A DNA stretch of 64,000 bases, taken from Octopus bimaculoides (taxonomy: Eukaryota). The stretch is taken from NCBI RefSeq assembly GCF_001194135.2, contig NC_068984.1, positions 60,213,635 to 60,277,634 of the forward strand, in the 5' to 3' direction. The position numbers and the translations under genes are program-made. Below are positions 12,648-25,360 of the stretch, piece after piece (positions within the stretch are counted from its first letter, which is position 1; each line of letters opens with the position of its first letter). The notes beneath the pieces were generated by a model. The model did not search any database and had not been told where the DNA came from. It saw only the letters and a program-made list of their open reading frames with translations.

Positions 12648-13324
12648 TATATGTGTATATACATACGTATGCATAGTGGGTATGTTGAACTCAGTTCTAT
12701 TCTATGATAGAGAGAAACCAATACAGTTTAATTGTGGAGTAAGAATTTCATTGAAGTAATTGGACAGTTAAATGCTTCATTTTAACCAATGGTTTCATCT
12801 CAGTTGAGAATCTTCAAAAATATTTCTCTTTCTGTCTGTTTTTCTATTTGTGTGTGTGTGTGTGTGTGTATATACTGTGTGTGTGTGTGTATATACTGTG
12901 TGTGTGTGTGTGTATTATGTGTGTGTGTATATTATGTGTGTGTGTTACTGCATTGAACTAAAGTATCTTGATAATATCATAGTCGCTATTGTCATTTATA
13001 CTATTATATTCATGTTTGTTTTATTCTGTAAGAGCATTATAGACTATTAAGCATCAAAGAATACAGTGTAATAGTGTCAGTGACCAGGTTGTAGATGTAT
13101 GACAATATCTTTTGACACTTGATACAATATAATATTATTACAAAAGAAAACAGAAATGAGCATAACAGTATATGTGTGTGTTTTAAATGGTGATCATGAT
13201 ACTTCTATTGTGTAATTGTTCTGTTATTATTTATTCTTTGTCCCTTTGTGGCATGCAGTATCCATTTTCACACTGTATGTGAGCTGGTATTCCTAATTTT
13301 GTTTTATCACCTTTAAATTTTCAG

Positions 13325-13342
13325 GAGTTAAGTTTCCCTGTT
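13325..13342 (+). CDS. Candidate 18-nt microexon (ELSFPV)
   Basis: Acceptor ttttcag, donor gtaagc, phase 0-0; too short to exclude chance. Confidence 0.25.
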
Positions 13343-13484
13343 GTAAGCTAACACAAATGCTAGCAGAGTTATTTCTTTTTACACCAACCTATCCAGGATT
13401 GCCCCTTGTTCTTATGATACAAACTTCTTGTTTTTAAGTGACCTAAATTAAAAACCCCTTCAGAATTCTGGGGGCAAGGAAGGA

Positions 13485-13815
13485 GTATCAAAAAGTTCCT
13501 AGACTAGTTCTGTAGTGCACCAACAGATGGCAGCACATGGTTGCATGCACAGTGAGAGCTAGTAGTGACCTTCATGAGGCAGTGTGCCAAGTGACATCAC
13601 TGTGTTTACTTTGCAAATTGTGGAATTTGTGCTTCTGTGATCACATGTATGCTGTAGCCTGTGATTTCGTCATGGACAGGAAGCTGAAAGAAAAAAGCCA
13701 ACATGAAATTTTGAGTTAAACTTGGGAAGTCTGCTACAGAGACATTGAGCATGTTTCAGCAAGCTTACAATGACAAGGCGATGAGTCGTACACAGTGCTT
13801 CAAGTTGCATGGGTG
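13485..13815 (+). mobile_element. mariner transposon 5' fragment
   Basis: Left TIR-like ggagtatcaaaaagttcc; frameshifted HTH region ANMKF*VKLGKSATETLSMFQQAYNDKAMSRTQCF. Confidence 0.85.
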
Positions 13816-15449
13816 CTTCAATTTTTGGCACAAGGCCAGCAATTTTGGAGAAGGAGGTAAATTGATCACATTGGCCTCAGTAGAAATATAATAACAAATT
13901 GGTTATATATGAAGTTCATCAGCTATACTAATCTTCTGTGTCAGCTGAAGAGATTACTGCAGTCGGCAATGTTCTTCCTTTTTCTATGCTGTTAACCCAA
14001 ATTATATTTAATGTATCTTTTCAACCAGATCTAAAGTAAAGCTGAGTCACAGGGATGTCCAGGTTTATCTCTACTTTCTCCTTGGTCTAGAGGAGATGAT
14101 TTAAAAGCCTAAAAGAATCTCCCTGTCCACAATAATACAAACTTACAGGAAAATTGAACCAACAGAAGCATCTCTTTCCAATTTAGTCTCCTAGAATTTA
14201 ATTGTTCAGTTACTTGTTTTAGTCACTTAACTGTAACCATGTTGGAACCCTGCTGTGAAAAGTTGTGGTCAATCATATCCACCCTAGTACTTATTTTCTA
14301 AGTCTGCTACCTATTTTAGCCTCCTCATTTTGTTGCATTGCTAATTGCTAAGATATATGGCATACAGACATTGAATCTTTCAAATGGTGTTAATGCAAAG
14401 TCAGTCATAGAGACAAACAATAACTTTATTTGCCATCAACTAACTTCATTTGCAACTCATTCATTGACTTGACTCTACAGTAGAAGATTCTTTCCCAAGT
14501 TGTCATGCAGTTATAGCAAACCAAAACCAAGATCATAAGGTTGCCCAGTGAAATTCTTAACCACATCACTATACCTAGGCCTAAATAGCAAACAAATCAC
14601 ATCCTGTCATCTTAAAAAAAAGCAAGAACCCATTAGATAATGTTGTCCTAGATATACTATATCTGAATCAGAATCACCTGTCCAACAAAACGGGATGGTC
14701 CTGGTTGGTATGATCAATGTAGATCTCAACAAGAATTTATTAGAAATATTTGGGCATCTTATTCAATTACAGTTTAAAGAATTTTTTTTGTTTTCTCTTT
14801 GATTCAGTCTCGACCTACTCTAGTTTTAGTCTTAAAAAACATTTCAGTTGCATCAGTTTGACATTTCAAGCAAAAGACAACTACAATGAAAAATGGGAAA
14901 AAAATAATTGTAGAAGGAAGTTATAAAAAAAAAAGGAAAAAAGAACAAAAACAAATTTAAATAAAATATGGTAATTTGGTTGAAGCATTGTTAAATAAAT
15001 GTAAGGAGATATATTATAGTGCAAATCCAAAACAATGTTAGAAAATGAATAAAAGAAATTTTATTTGATATTTCAGTTATAAAAGGCCCTAATCACGAAT
15101 ACAATATCATTGGGAAACAAACTGTAATAATAGACAGCACAAAAGAAAAGAAAGCTATTATGACATACACTGAGTTGTAAACATCAAGTTCAAATCAACC
15201 AATGAAAGTTACACAGCTTTTGGTTGATATTAAGTTCTGTTTTATGGCGTTTGATGAAGATAACCTCTTGAATTCTTAGATTGCTGATATTTCTGTCAGC
15301 AGCTTTGATCATGACTGTGACCTTAATGACAGTTAAGACATTTCTTCAAGTGTTTTATTTTTCCTTTTTATTGATGATGATGATGATGATAACGATGATG
15401 CGTTCATATATGTGTTTCCTTGATGCAAACGTGTTGTAGACAAATCATA

Positions 15450-15740
15450 ATCTGATGGCTTAGTTTCATGTAGGAAGATTTATGAAAGGGGCTGCCCTTG
15501 TTGACTGCCAGCTCACTGGTGGTTGACAAGGCTAATATAGGACAAGCAGGCCCTGCCACAATGGCTGTAAGGGAAAAAGTCAGAGGCGGAAAAGCAATGC
15601 CCATGACTTTTTGTTCCAACTCCTCTGAAACTGACAAAGGGAAAGAAAAGAAACTGCAGCTTAATGTGTTCTGTATTAGGAAACAAGGCATTGATATTCT
15701 AAGTTACCCACAACTGCAAGCCTTGTCCACATGCTTGAAA
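15450..15740 (-). mobile_element. RTE LINE 3' fragment
   Basis: Minus-strand frame PYSHCGRACLSYISLVNHQ* resembles the RTE C-terminal C2H2 motif; RTE-like end taaatcttcctacatgaaactaagccatc. Confidence 0.65.
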
Positions 15741-15837
15741 CCAAGTGAACTCTGCTAAAATCATTAGGGGACAATGTGGTGGTGTTCAGCTATATGATAA
15801 ATTAAGAAGTCTCTGAAGAATTGTTTTTTCCTTTGCT

Positions 15838-16224
15838 AGTGACTGCGTGGTAAGTAGCTTGCTTACCAACCACATGGTTCCGGGTTCATTCCCACTGCGT
15901 GGCACCTTGGGCAAGTGTCTTCTACTATAGCCTCAGGCCGACCAAAGCCTTGTGAGTGGATTTTCTAGACGGAAACTGAAAGAAGCCCATCGTATATATG
16001 TATATATATATATATGTATGTGTATATGNNNNNNNNNNAACATCGCTTGACAACTGATGCTGGTGTGTTTATGTCCCTGTAACATTAGCGGTTCGGCAAA
16101 AGAGACCGATAGAATAAGTACTAGGCATCCAAAGAATAAGTCCTGGGGTCGATTTGCTCGACTAAAGGTGGTGCTCCAGCATGGCCACAGTCAAATGACT
16201 GAAACAAGTAAAAGAGTAAAGAGT
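15838..16224 (+). mobile_element. SINE family A
   Basis: Colinear with 6265-6670 across a 10-N gap. Confidence 0.9.
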
Positions 16225-16611
16225 AATCAGAATTGTTAACCTATTAGCATTTAAACTGACCATACCCAGCCCAAATTTGCTACATGTTCTTACTAGCCAG
16301 ATCCAGCCTGTCACACTTACCCTTCAATGCTACTATAACATTTACAGTAACATCATCAAAATTTCGAAACTTCAAAATAATGTATGATTAATTAAAAACA
16401 ATGTGAATGAAAAAGCATTAAATTTGACAAAATAACCCGAATGCTAAAGGGTCAAGCTAGTATGTAGAGATTGTTTGAATCAAGTGTCTGCTCATTCAAC
16501 AGGTATTTTCTAAATTCTAGAGGGAAGCTCCACCCTTTCCTGTAGATTACATATCAAATTGTGATGATCATGTAATATCTTTGCAAAATAAGTCTTATGG
16601 GTGGACCTTTA

Positions 16612-17015
16612 TCATCATCATCATCATCATCACCATTTAATGCCTGTTGTGCATGCTAGCATGGCTTGGATGGTGTGATGGTGTGCAGCCCCACTGGCAA
16701 GCTGATGGGGGATGCACCAGACTCCAGTCTGATTTTAGCATGGTTTCTACTGTTGGATGCCCTTCCTAACACCAACCACTTTACAGAGTGTGATGAGTGC
16801 TTTTACATGGCACCACATGGGTGCGTTTATGTGGCACTGCACAGGTGCTTTTATGTGATACCACATGGATGCCAGTATGTAATGCCACATGAACACTTTC
16901 ATGTGATGCCGCATGGATGCTTTTACAGACCGAAAATTGTACCAAGCTTCGCTGTCTGTTTTGGCTAGATTTTTTTAGCTGGATGCCCTTCCTAACACCA
17001 ACGACCTTACAGAGT
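16612..17015 (-). mobile_element. Family C RTE-type 3' end with 24-bp tandem repeat
   Basis: Same body as 7480-7761; about 5.5 units at 16795-16930. Confidence 0.75.
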
Positions 17016-17419
17016 GGACAGGTATATCTAATAATATTTTGTCTAATGTAGCCTTTCCTTTTTTGAAGTGAGTAGGGTGTGACTTGAGGAATATTTAACA
17101 GCTATTTATAACAGATATAGCAACATTGTACAGACTGTTTTATTGGCTGGTCATCTTTGACTCAACTTCTCTTGTTTTGCTTTATTTAAACTTCACCTCT
17201 CAGTGCACTTAGCTTCTAGGTTGTACTTTATTTGTTCATTATCAATATCATTTTGTTTAACATTTGTTTTTGTTTTTTGTGTGAGTTCTTATCAGTTTAT
17301 AGATTTTAAAACTAAGCATCAGTCACATTAATCTCATCATTCTGGAAATATAAACAAAGACCAAGGTCAGATCTCTGTTCTTCAGTGAGACTCATTCAGG
17401 TTACTTTGTAATAATGCTT

Positions 17420-18428
17420 TCAAATTTTGGTGCAAAGCCAACAGTTTCATAGGGGAAGGGGACAGTTGGTTACATTGACCCCAGTCCTCAACGTGAACTT
17501 ATTCTATCAACTCTGAAAGAATGAAAGTCAACATTTACCTCCGGAGCATTTGAACTCAGAACAGAAACCCAAAAGAAATACTGCTAAGTGTTTTGTCTGG
17601 TCTTCTAACAATTCTGCCAGCTTGCTTCCTTCCAACACTTTATGATAACCCTTTCATTTTGGTACAAGGCCATCAAATTTAATGGGTGGGTAAGTTGATT
17701 ACATTGACCCCAATGTTCAACTGGTACTTATTTTGTTGACCCTGAAAGGATGAAAGACAAAACTGATCTCGGTGGAATTTGATCTTGGAATATAAAGCTG
17801 ATAAGTATTCTATCTAGTCTGCTAACATTTCTGCCAACTTGCTGCCTTAGCTCACTTTCTAATAATGGATTCAAATTTTGGCACAATGCTAGCAATTGTG
17901 GAGGAAGACAGGGGTAAATCAATNNNNNNNNNNNNNNNNNNNNNNNNNNNNNNNNNNNNNNNNNNNNNNNNNNGGTACTTATTTTATCAACTCTGAAAGG
18001 ATGAAAGGCAAAGTTGACCTCAGCAAAGTTTGAACTTAGAGTGTAAAGACAGATGCTAAGCATTTTGCCCAGCATGCTAATGGTTCTGCTGCCAACTTGC
18101 TACCTTGGATCACTTAGAATAACACTCTAATTTCTGTTGCTTTCATTGGTTTATGACAGATTGATTTTTCGTGTGTTTTCAGTTCTTTTCATTTATTTTC
18201 AGTGTTTATTCTTTGTACGAGTTATTCTGAGATCCATTCATTGTTTACTGTTAATTTAATCTGAGTTCAAATTCCATCGAGGTCGACTTTGCCTTTCATC
18301 CTTTCGGGGATCAATTAAGTAAGTACCAGTTACGCACTGGGGGGTTGATGTAATTGACTTAATCCCTTTGTCTGTCCTTGTTTGTCCCCCTCTATGTTTA
18401 GCCCCCCTGTGGGCAATAAAGAAATAAA
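17420..18428. mobile_element. Cluster of SINE family B copies (three to four on minus, one on plus at 18265-18428)
   Basis: Repeated ggtacttattt...gaaaggatgaaaggcaaagttgacctc...tttgaactcaga motif. Confidence 0.8.
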
Positions 18429-19400
18429 TCTGTATACATTTACTACGTTTTTGACAATGAACCAGCAGATTTGGATAACATGCCTTTGCAGCATTTGTTT
18501 TGGCTGTTTTACTTTCTGAGTGGAAATCTCACCAAGATTAACTTTGCTTTACATGCTTCTGGGGTCAATAAAATAAAGTACAACTCAAGTACTGGGATGC
18601 AGCAGACACACACACACACACACATGCTTGTGCACATGCACACATACACACACACACTTTCTGTCTGTTTCTCTATTTCTATTCAGGTCTGTGTGTATGT
18701 GTGTCTATTTGTCTGTCTGTGTGTCTGTCTGCCTGCATATCTGTGTGTCTGTGTGTCAGCATGTCAGTCTGTTTGCATGTGCGTCTGTCTGCGTGTATCT
18801 GTCTATCTGCATGCGTGTGTGTGTGTGTGTCTGTATGTGTGTCTGCCTTTCTGCATATGCGTCTGTCTCTCTGCATGTATCTGTTTGCATGTCTGTCACT
18901 TTTGCCTCTCTGCGTCTCTGTCTGTCTGTCTGTCTGTCTCCCTTTCTCTCCCTGTCTCTCTCTCTGTCTCCAAGAAATGGAAGGGCTAAGAGGATGTCCA
19001 TGTTTGCAACAACTTGGGCCACCTAGAAAAACATTTCACAGAAGACACAGAACATGCTGACATCAAGTCACATCAAGTCGCACTCATTTATGAGTGACAG
19101 CTGTATTACATTTGCTAATGTATTTCAGTTTAGATGCCACCTTACATTTTTGTTTGCCTTCTCTATACCTCAGTCATTGCTTATATGACGCTAGTGTGCA
19201 ATAGTTATATTATCACTGTGTAGTAATATGTGTGTAACATTTCTATATGTTGTTCTTTGATCCAGCTTTTCCATATTACATGTTTGTTTCTATCACATGT
19301 TGTTATTTGTTATTGTAAACAGCACGTTTTGTGCATAATAAAGGCAAGGAAGATATAAAATAAATTGTTAATTTTGCTTTTGGAAGTGAAGATGGTTATT

Positions 19401-19435
<35 letters not shown>

Positions 19436-19529
19436 TTTCTTCGTCTTCTTATAGCATTTCAGCATTCAGCCCAGAGATAAGATTTGAGATTTTTCTGTGA
19501 TGCTATATTCAGCCTCAGGGGATCTCTTT

Positions 19530-20200
19530 CCTCCTCGTCCTCCTCATTATTGTTGTTGTCATTGCTGTTGTCGTCATCGTCGTCATTGTCGTCATCGTCA
19601 TCGTTGTTGTCATCGTCGTCGTTATTGTCATTGTCGTCGTTATTGTTGTTATCGTTGTCAACGTCCTCCTCCTCGTCCTCCTCCTCGTCCTCCTCCTCGT
19701 CCTCCTCCTCGTCCTCCTCCTCGTCCTCCTCCTCGTCCTCCTCCTCGTCCTCCTCCTCGTCGTCCTCCTCGTCCTCCTCCTCGTCGTCCTCNNNNNNNNN
19801 NNNNNNNNNNNNNNNNNNNNNNNNNNNNNNNNNNNNNNNNNNNNNNNNNNNNNNNNNNNNNNNNNNNNNNNNNNNNNNNNNNNNNNNNNNNNNNNNNNNN
19901 NNNNNNNNNNNNNNNNNNNNNNNNNNNNNNNNNNNNNNNNNNNNNNNNNNNNNNNNNNNNNNNNNNNNNNNNNNNNNNNNNNNNNNNNNNNTCGTCCTCC
20001 TCCTCGTCGTCCTCCTCGTCGTCCTCCTCCTCGTCCTCCTCCTCGTCCTCCTCCTCGTCCTCCTCCTCGTCCTCCTCCTCGTCCTCTTCCTCCTCCCCTC
20101 CTCCCCTGCTGCCACCATAGCCATTGTTGTCACCACTACTGCCGCCACCACTACCGCCACCACCACTACCACCACAGTGATGATGATGATGATACTGATG
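19530..20200. repeat. Compound triplet repeat (TTG/TCG/TCC, 12-bp tcctcctcctcg, ACC, GAT) spanning a gap
   Basis: Directly visible; source of the poly-S/E/D/R ORFs. Confidence 0.95.
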
Positions 20201-20757
20201 ATTTCAACAGTTTTATGTGTTTTTACGATGCCCTCAGTGTTCCTTAAGGTATATGCAACATAGTCTTTTATCGGTGCAGAATTGCGATTTGTTATGTTGC
20301 ATTTATTGTGCTTTATTATGATGTTCGTTTTGAGGATGTTTTCCAGTGTTATTTTAGTGTTACTTTGTTGGTTGGCTGGTTAGCTGGTTGGTTCGTTGGT
20401 TAGTGGTTGTGTTTCATTTGTGCAGTCTCGGATGTGTTATGTGATATGCAGTTTCTAATGCTGGTTGGTGATTGATGTAGAGTTTATACCATGTGGTTTG
20501 TGTTATATTGCTGTATTAGAATTTATGAGTTGTTAATGACATAAGGGATGTGTTATTGTATTGGTTGCCAATTATGTAAGAGTCTGTGTATAATGTTATA
20601 ATGTTATAATATTGCTACATCGTTTCTTGTCGCTACACTGCTGGTAAAAATATTTGTTAATCATGTACATACCTTCTTTTAATAGTGGACTATTATATCG
20701 TGAAAGTCTTGTTAGTTACTATGGTGACAACAGTCTACCTACCTACCTATCTATCTG

Positions 20758-20793
<36 letters not shown>

Positions 20794-21005
20794 CAGGGTG
20801 TCCACAAAGTCTGGGTACAGGGAGTAAATAAAATCATAACATAAACAATTAAATATTAGAAATAATAATTTCTTAAAGTATGTGTTAATCCCCATGTGGG
20901 TACAATGAGTAAATAAAATCATAACATAAACAATTAAATATAAGAAATAATAATTTCTTAAAGTATGTGTTAATCCCCATGTACCCAAACTTTGTGGACA
21001 CCCTG
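20794..21005. mobile_element. Tc1/mariner-type MITE with internal 85-bp tandem duplication
   Basis: TA-cagggtgtccacaaagtctgggtaca ... tgtacccaaactttgtggacaccctg-TA, inserted in (CTAT)n; duplicated units start at 20813 and 20898. Confidence 0.9.
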
Positions 21006-21519
21006 TATCTATCTATCGATCATGCTTTCTCTGTCACTCACATACTGTATATCTCTCTCAACAACAATAGCCTGTTTTTTTTTCTTGAAACAAAAATTTA
21101 ATTCTATCTTTTACACACACACTCACACATACACACACTCTGTCTCTCTCTCATTGAATTTCTTTCTCAACAACATCAACAGTGACAATAACAACCTGTC
21201 ATTACAGTGAAAGTTTTTTTTTTTCAAAGTATGTATTGCAGTTGTCTCTATATTTAAAGGCATACAAAAAAAAAACAAAACAAACATGTACATACACACA
21301 CATACGCCCCCCCACACACATACACTATATTGTTACTATATTGTTATATAATGAATGTCTGTTTTGTCTTTTTGAGGCTGTGTTGCATTGTATATCATTG
21401 GATGGTGACTGAGGAGAGAATGTGTTGTGTAAGTTGTGTAGAGAGTGAGTTATGCTGCTGAATTGTGTTGTGTGGAGGATGAAGCTTGTATCTAGCAGTG
21501 CTAGCTTTGTCATGATTCA

Positions 21520-21900
21520 TGTAGCAGCCTGAATGCTGAGCTTTTTTTTACAATGTGAGTGTTGACTTCATCATCAACGTTCATAAATCTAGAGAGTGTG
21601 CTGCTGAGGTACAAGAACTTATCAACAACTTTCAGTGTTCCCCCTTTGACTGTGATAGTTGGTTCCACATACTGCTTTTGCAGAGCAGATTGGTGCATGA
21701 CCCCTGTCTTCTGAGTATGGATTGTGAGGTCAATGTTGTTGCAGGCTGTGGAAAAACTTCTTGCCTTCATTCCCTGCAGACCACCAGTGCCTGATCTGCA
21801 GCATAACCTTCCGAGCACACATTGGCTTGATCAGCCACAGCCTGACATACTGTAACCTGTCTTCTTTTTCCATGTGATGTCCTGGTCATTGTCAACAATG
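21520..21900 (-). mobile_element. RTE LINE reverse-transcriptase C-terminal fragment
   Basis: FSTACNNIDLTIHTQKTGVM...EPTITVKGGTLKVVDKFLYLSSTLSR...DDEV matches RTE RT domains 6-7 (FxYLGS motif). Confidence 0.9.
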
Positions 21901-22208
21901 AGGGACAAACATCATTATTATCATTATTATTATTATTATTATTATCATTCTTATTATTATTATTATTATTATTATTATGATTATCATTATTAGCGCACTG
22001 GATGAAATTTTAGCCATATTTTGCCTGTTTCTACATTCTGACTTTAAATTCTGCCAAGGTTGACTTTGCCTTTTATCCTTTCAGGCTCGATAAAATAAGT
22101 ACCAGTTGAACACTGGGGTCAGTGTAATCGACTCATCCCCACCTCCCCCAAGCTGGCCATGTGGCAAAAATTTGAAATAACAATAATAATAAATATTATT
22201 ATTATTCT

Positions 22209-23540
22209 TTTTATCTCAGGTTTTGTTGTAACTCTTGGAATCTTGCATTTATAGCAGGCTTGTTGACTGCAGCCTAAAATACTATGCTATCTGTTCTTTT
22301 CAACTATCTAATACTTTCCTGATTATTCTGGCTGTGTTAAGGAGGCTAACCTTTTGTAACAGTTCTACTGGGCACTCTATTCCGATTTCCTTTATATTCC
22401 TCTTGATGCCCTTTGATACTGTTCCCAAGGGTCCAACAATAATTGGCGCTATCTCCACCTTCTTCATTTTCTGTAGCTGGGCTTTTTCATATTTAATTAT
22501 CACGTTCATATCAATTCTTATGCATTGTCATATCAAAGTATGAACATATTGTTCACTGGACATAGCAACCAACTTGTATTTGTGACTATACTTGGATTGG
22601 ACAGATGGAAATAATATGCTCAGTTAATAATATAGTCACATAGTTTTTACATATTGTTAGGATTCCTTTTGCTATTTTGTTTTTCGTAATTTTTCTTTTG
22701 TGGTTAGGCATTGGCTTCTGTGCAGTTAAAATCAGACCTGTTTCTGCTTTAAGCCCAAAGCTTTTGAGCCTTTGTTGGTTTTCACTCAGGCTTTTTCTAT
22801 GCTGAGTTTTGCAGAATATAGGCACAATCTTACTCACTGGTTTTTTTCTTTAATATATCACTAGTTGATGTACTTTGATGATATTGGAACTGCTTTATTA
22901 TTATGGAATGTGTGCTATATCTGAGTAACCAAGAATATGGTGGGGATTTATCTCCCTGCTATTGATATAAACAAGAGTGCATTTTGCTCTAAAAGCCAAT
23001 GAGAATTTTTTCTCATGGTATCTGCTACACTATAGTTCATTCTAACAGAACATCTATGTTTAAGTGGGGATAAATGTTACCTCAAGAATATGGCATATTA
23101 CCAATTGTTTTTTGGTTATCAATCCAAACCATACTCAGGTTTGTCTTCCTTATTTTGTTTCCTGTCTTCTATAATAGCTTGGTTAACTTGTAGCTGCGCT
23201 ATAAAGCCATATATTCCTTTGTGGTATTCTTTTAGCTCTTCTGGTAATATATGATTGCTCTTCTAGTGAGTAACCTGCCTGTTGTAGAGTATGGGTGGAA
23301 GGCCTTTTTATGTTGTTAGGGGTTTCTGGTGTTTTTGTGTTTAGGAATCAATAATTTTCATTCAAGCAGTCATTCACATGTTGAGTCTGCTCTACTTAAG
23401 AATTTATTGAATGTTTCCACCACCATTATTCTGTGGCTGCTGCGGCACAAAATGAGTGAATTTGTGGAACTGGAAGAGCAAGATCTGAATTCTTTAGCAT
23501 TTTGTTTTGTCTTTGAATGTGATGTGTTCAAATTCTACCA
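22209..23540 (-). mobile_element. R4/Dong-type non-LTR retrotransposon (restriction-like endonuclease), decayed and internally deleted
   Basis: RT remnants LIPK..T.NP and QLQVNQAIIED...LSMVWID; LKAETGLILTAQ...HIISICP zinc-knuckle region; C-terminus PIIVGPLGTVSK...LLQKVSLLNTARIIRKVL; 3' end abuts (TAA)n. Confidence 0.85.
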
Positions 23541-23859
23541 AATTTATGTCATTCTTCAGTGATTAATTATTATCGATAGCAGTAATCTACTAGGACCATT
23601 TCAGATGCACTGTACCTCTCTATTTCCACAACTGGCCCTATGCCCAACTGAATAAGAAACTGTACTTTCTCAAAATTCACAAACTTGCTTTGTTAATTGA
23701 AGATGATGCCAAGGGCCATTGTATTTAATAGAGCTTGTAGCACCACTAAGCTATTTGACATGTTGATGATGAAATGGAAGTAGACAAGCTTAATATATCA
23801 GTTGTCTCATTTCCCTTTTCCACATCTTCATTGTCAGAATTGGAAACTTTTTAATAACT

Positions 23860-24225
23860 GTTGGTTTTCACGACTTACTAACTTCGTTGTCGTAGCATGA
23901 AGACATTTATCTTTGTTAACCCGTTTATGTGGTTTCAAAATTAATTTAGTTGCTCAGAAAGCTTATTGAAAATTTTGATGGATTACTTAATTACCTTCAT
24001 TAATATCGCTGTCAACCGAAATCTAATCTTGTTTAGTCTATGATAGAATTTTTCTATGGTTGAAAAGATGGCGGCTAGACTTGCCAGAAGAAAATCAAAA
24101 TTAAGAAAAGAAGAAAAAATAAAAAAAACACAGAAAGAGGAAAGAAAGAAAAGAAAAGGAAGATAATTTGGCTTTGTTAAATGTTATAAAGCATTGCAAT
24201 ATTTCACTGAAATTATTTCTTTGAG
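23860..24225. promoter_or_regulatory. CpG-retaining patch with YY1-type motif AAGATGGCGGC; candidate promoter or first exon
   Basis: Motif at 24065-24075; several CpGs in otherwise depleted DNA; donor-like sites on both strands. Confidence 0.4.
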
Positions 24226-24429
24226 GTTTGTTTGTTTGTTTATTTATTTTAAATTTTGGTGAAAATTCTACCAAATTGATTTGTTTGTTTAAAAGAGATA
24301 TCATTTTGAGAAGAAAGACGGTTGAATGTTTCTAGGAATTTTATAATGATTGCACAGATTACTTGCATGTATTAACTTCAGTGGCTTCAGTTTTGTGTAC
24401 AATTAATTATTATTTAGTCTATAAATAAT

Positions 24430-24479
<50 letters not shown>

Positions 24480-24984
24480 TATTGGTTGTTTGTGTGATTT
24501 TTGTTCTTTTCTGTTTAATATTATGACAAAATAGACAACTGGTATAACATATTGAATTACCAGCTCATATAGCACGAACATTGTGTATGTATATCAATTC
24601 TCTGTAGGTTGGAAAATTAATTAATTTTTTTGTATGCTTCAATTCACTTAGCTTTTGAGAACACGAACCAGATTTCTGGGAGTTTATTTGTGATAGATTA
24701 GCATTCCTTCCTTGTCTGCTTATGATTTCCTTGTCTTGTGTGCTTATATTATCCTCTTCATCCACTGCAAAGATCTCGCTCATAACATGCCTCCTTAATT
24801 CATAGAGACATCAGTTATTTCTCATACTACATTAATCCAAGTGAAATGTTGGAATAGATATGATATTGGATTACTAGCTCAGAGAACTCAAGTTCAAATC
24901 TAACTCAGAATTTCTTCTGAGTTCATGGGTAGTACATATAATTCCCTGCACCTCAATTTATCTACTTATTGGGAATAATTAACA

Positions 24985-25360
24985 TTGTTGTGTGGTAAGA
25001 AGTTTGCTTCCCAACCACATGATTCCAAGTTCAGTCCCACTCTGTGGCACCCTTGACAAGTGTCTTATACTATAGTCTTGAGCCAGCCAAAGTCTTGTAA
25101 GTAGATTTGGAGATGGAAACTTAAAATCTGTTGTATATGTATGTGTGTGCATATGTGTGTATGTATGTGTGTGTGTTCCTTACTACTGCTTGACAATCAG
25201 TGTTGGTTTTATGCACTTGAAACTTAGCAGTTGATCAAAATGACACCAATAGAATAAATAAAGAAAAATAAGTACTGGAGTCAATTCATTCAACTAATAA
25301 ATTCTTCAAGGCGGTGCCCCAGCCTGGCCACGGTCTAATGACTAAAACATGGACAAGATT
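24985..25360 (+). mobile_element. SINE family A, diverged
   Basis: Head, body and tail motifs as in 6265-6670. Confidence 0.8.

Noticed and set aside
19459-20263. Long acidic or poly-Ser ORFs of 207-259 aa
   Set aside because: Compound triplet repeat open in several frames and spanning a 200-N gap; no splice or domain support.
24565-24783. 72-aa minus ORF MSEIFAVDEEDN...
   Set aside because: No homology recognised, no convincing splice boundaries in frame, and ORFs of this length are expected by chance in 64 kb.
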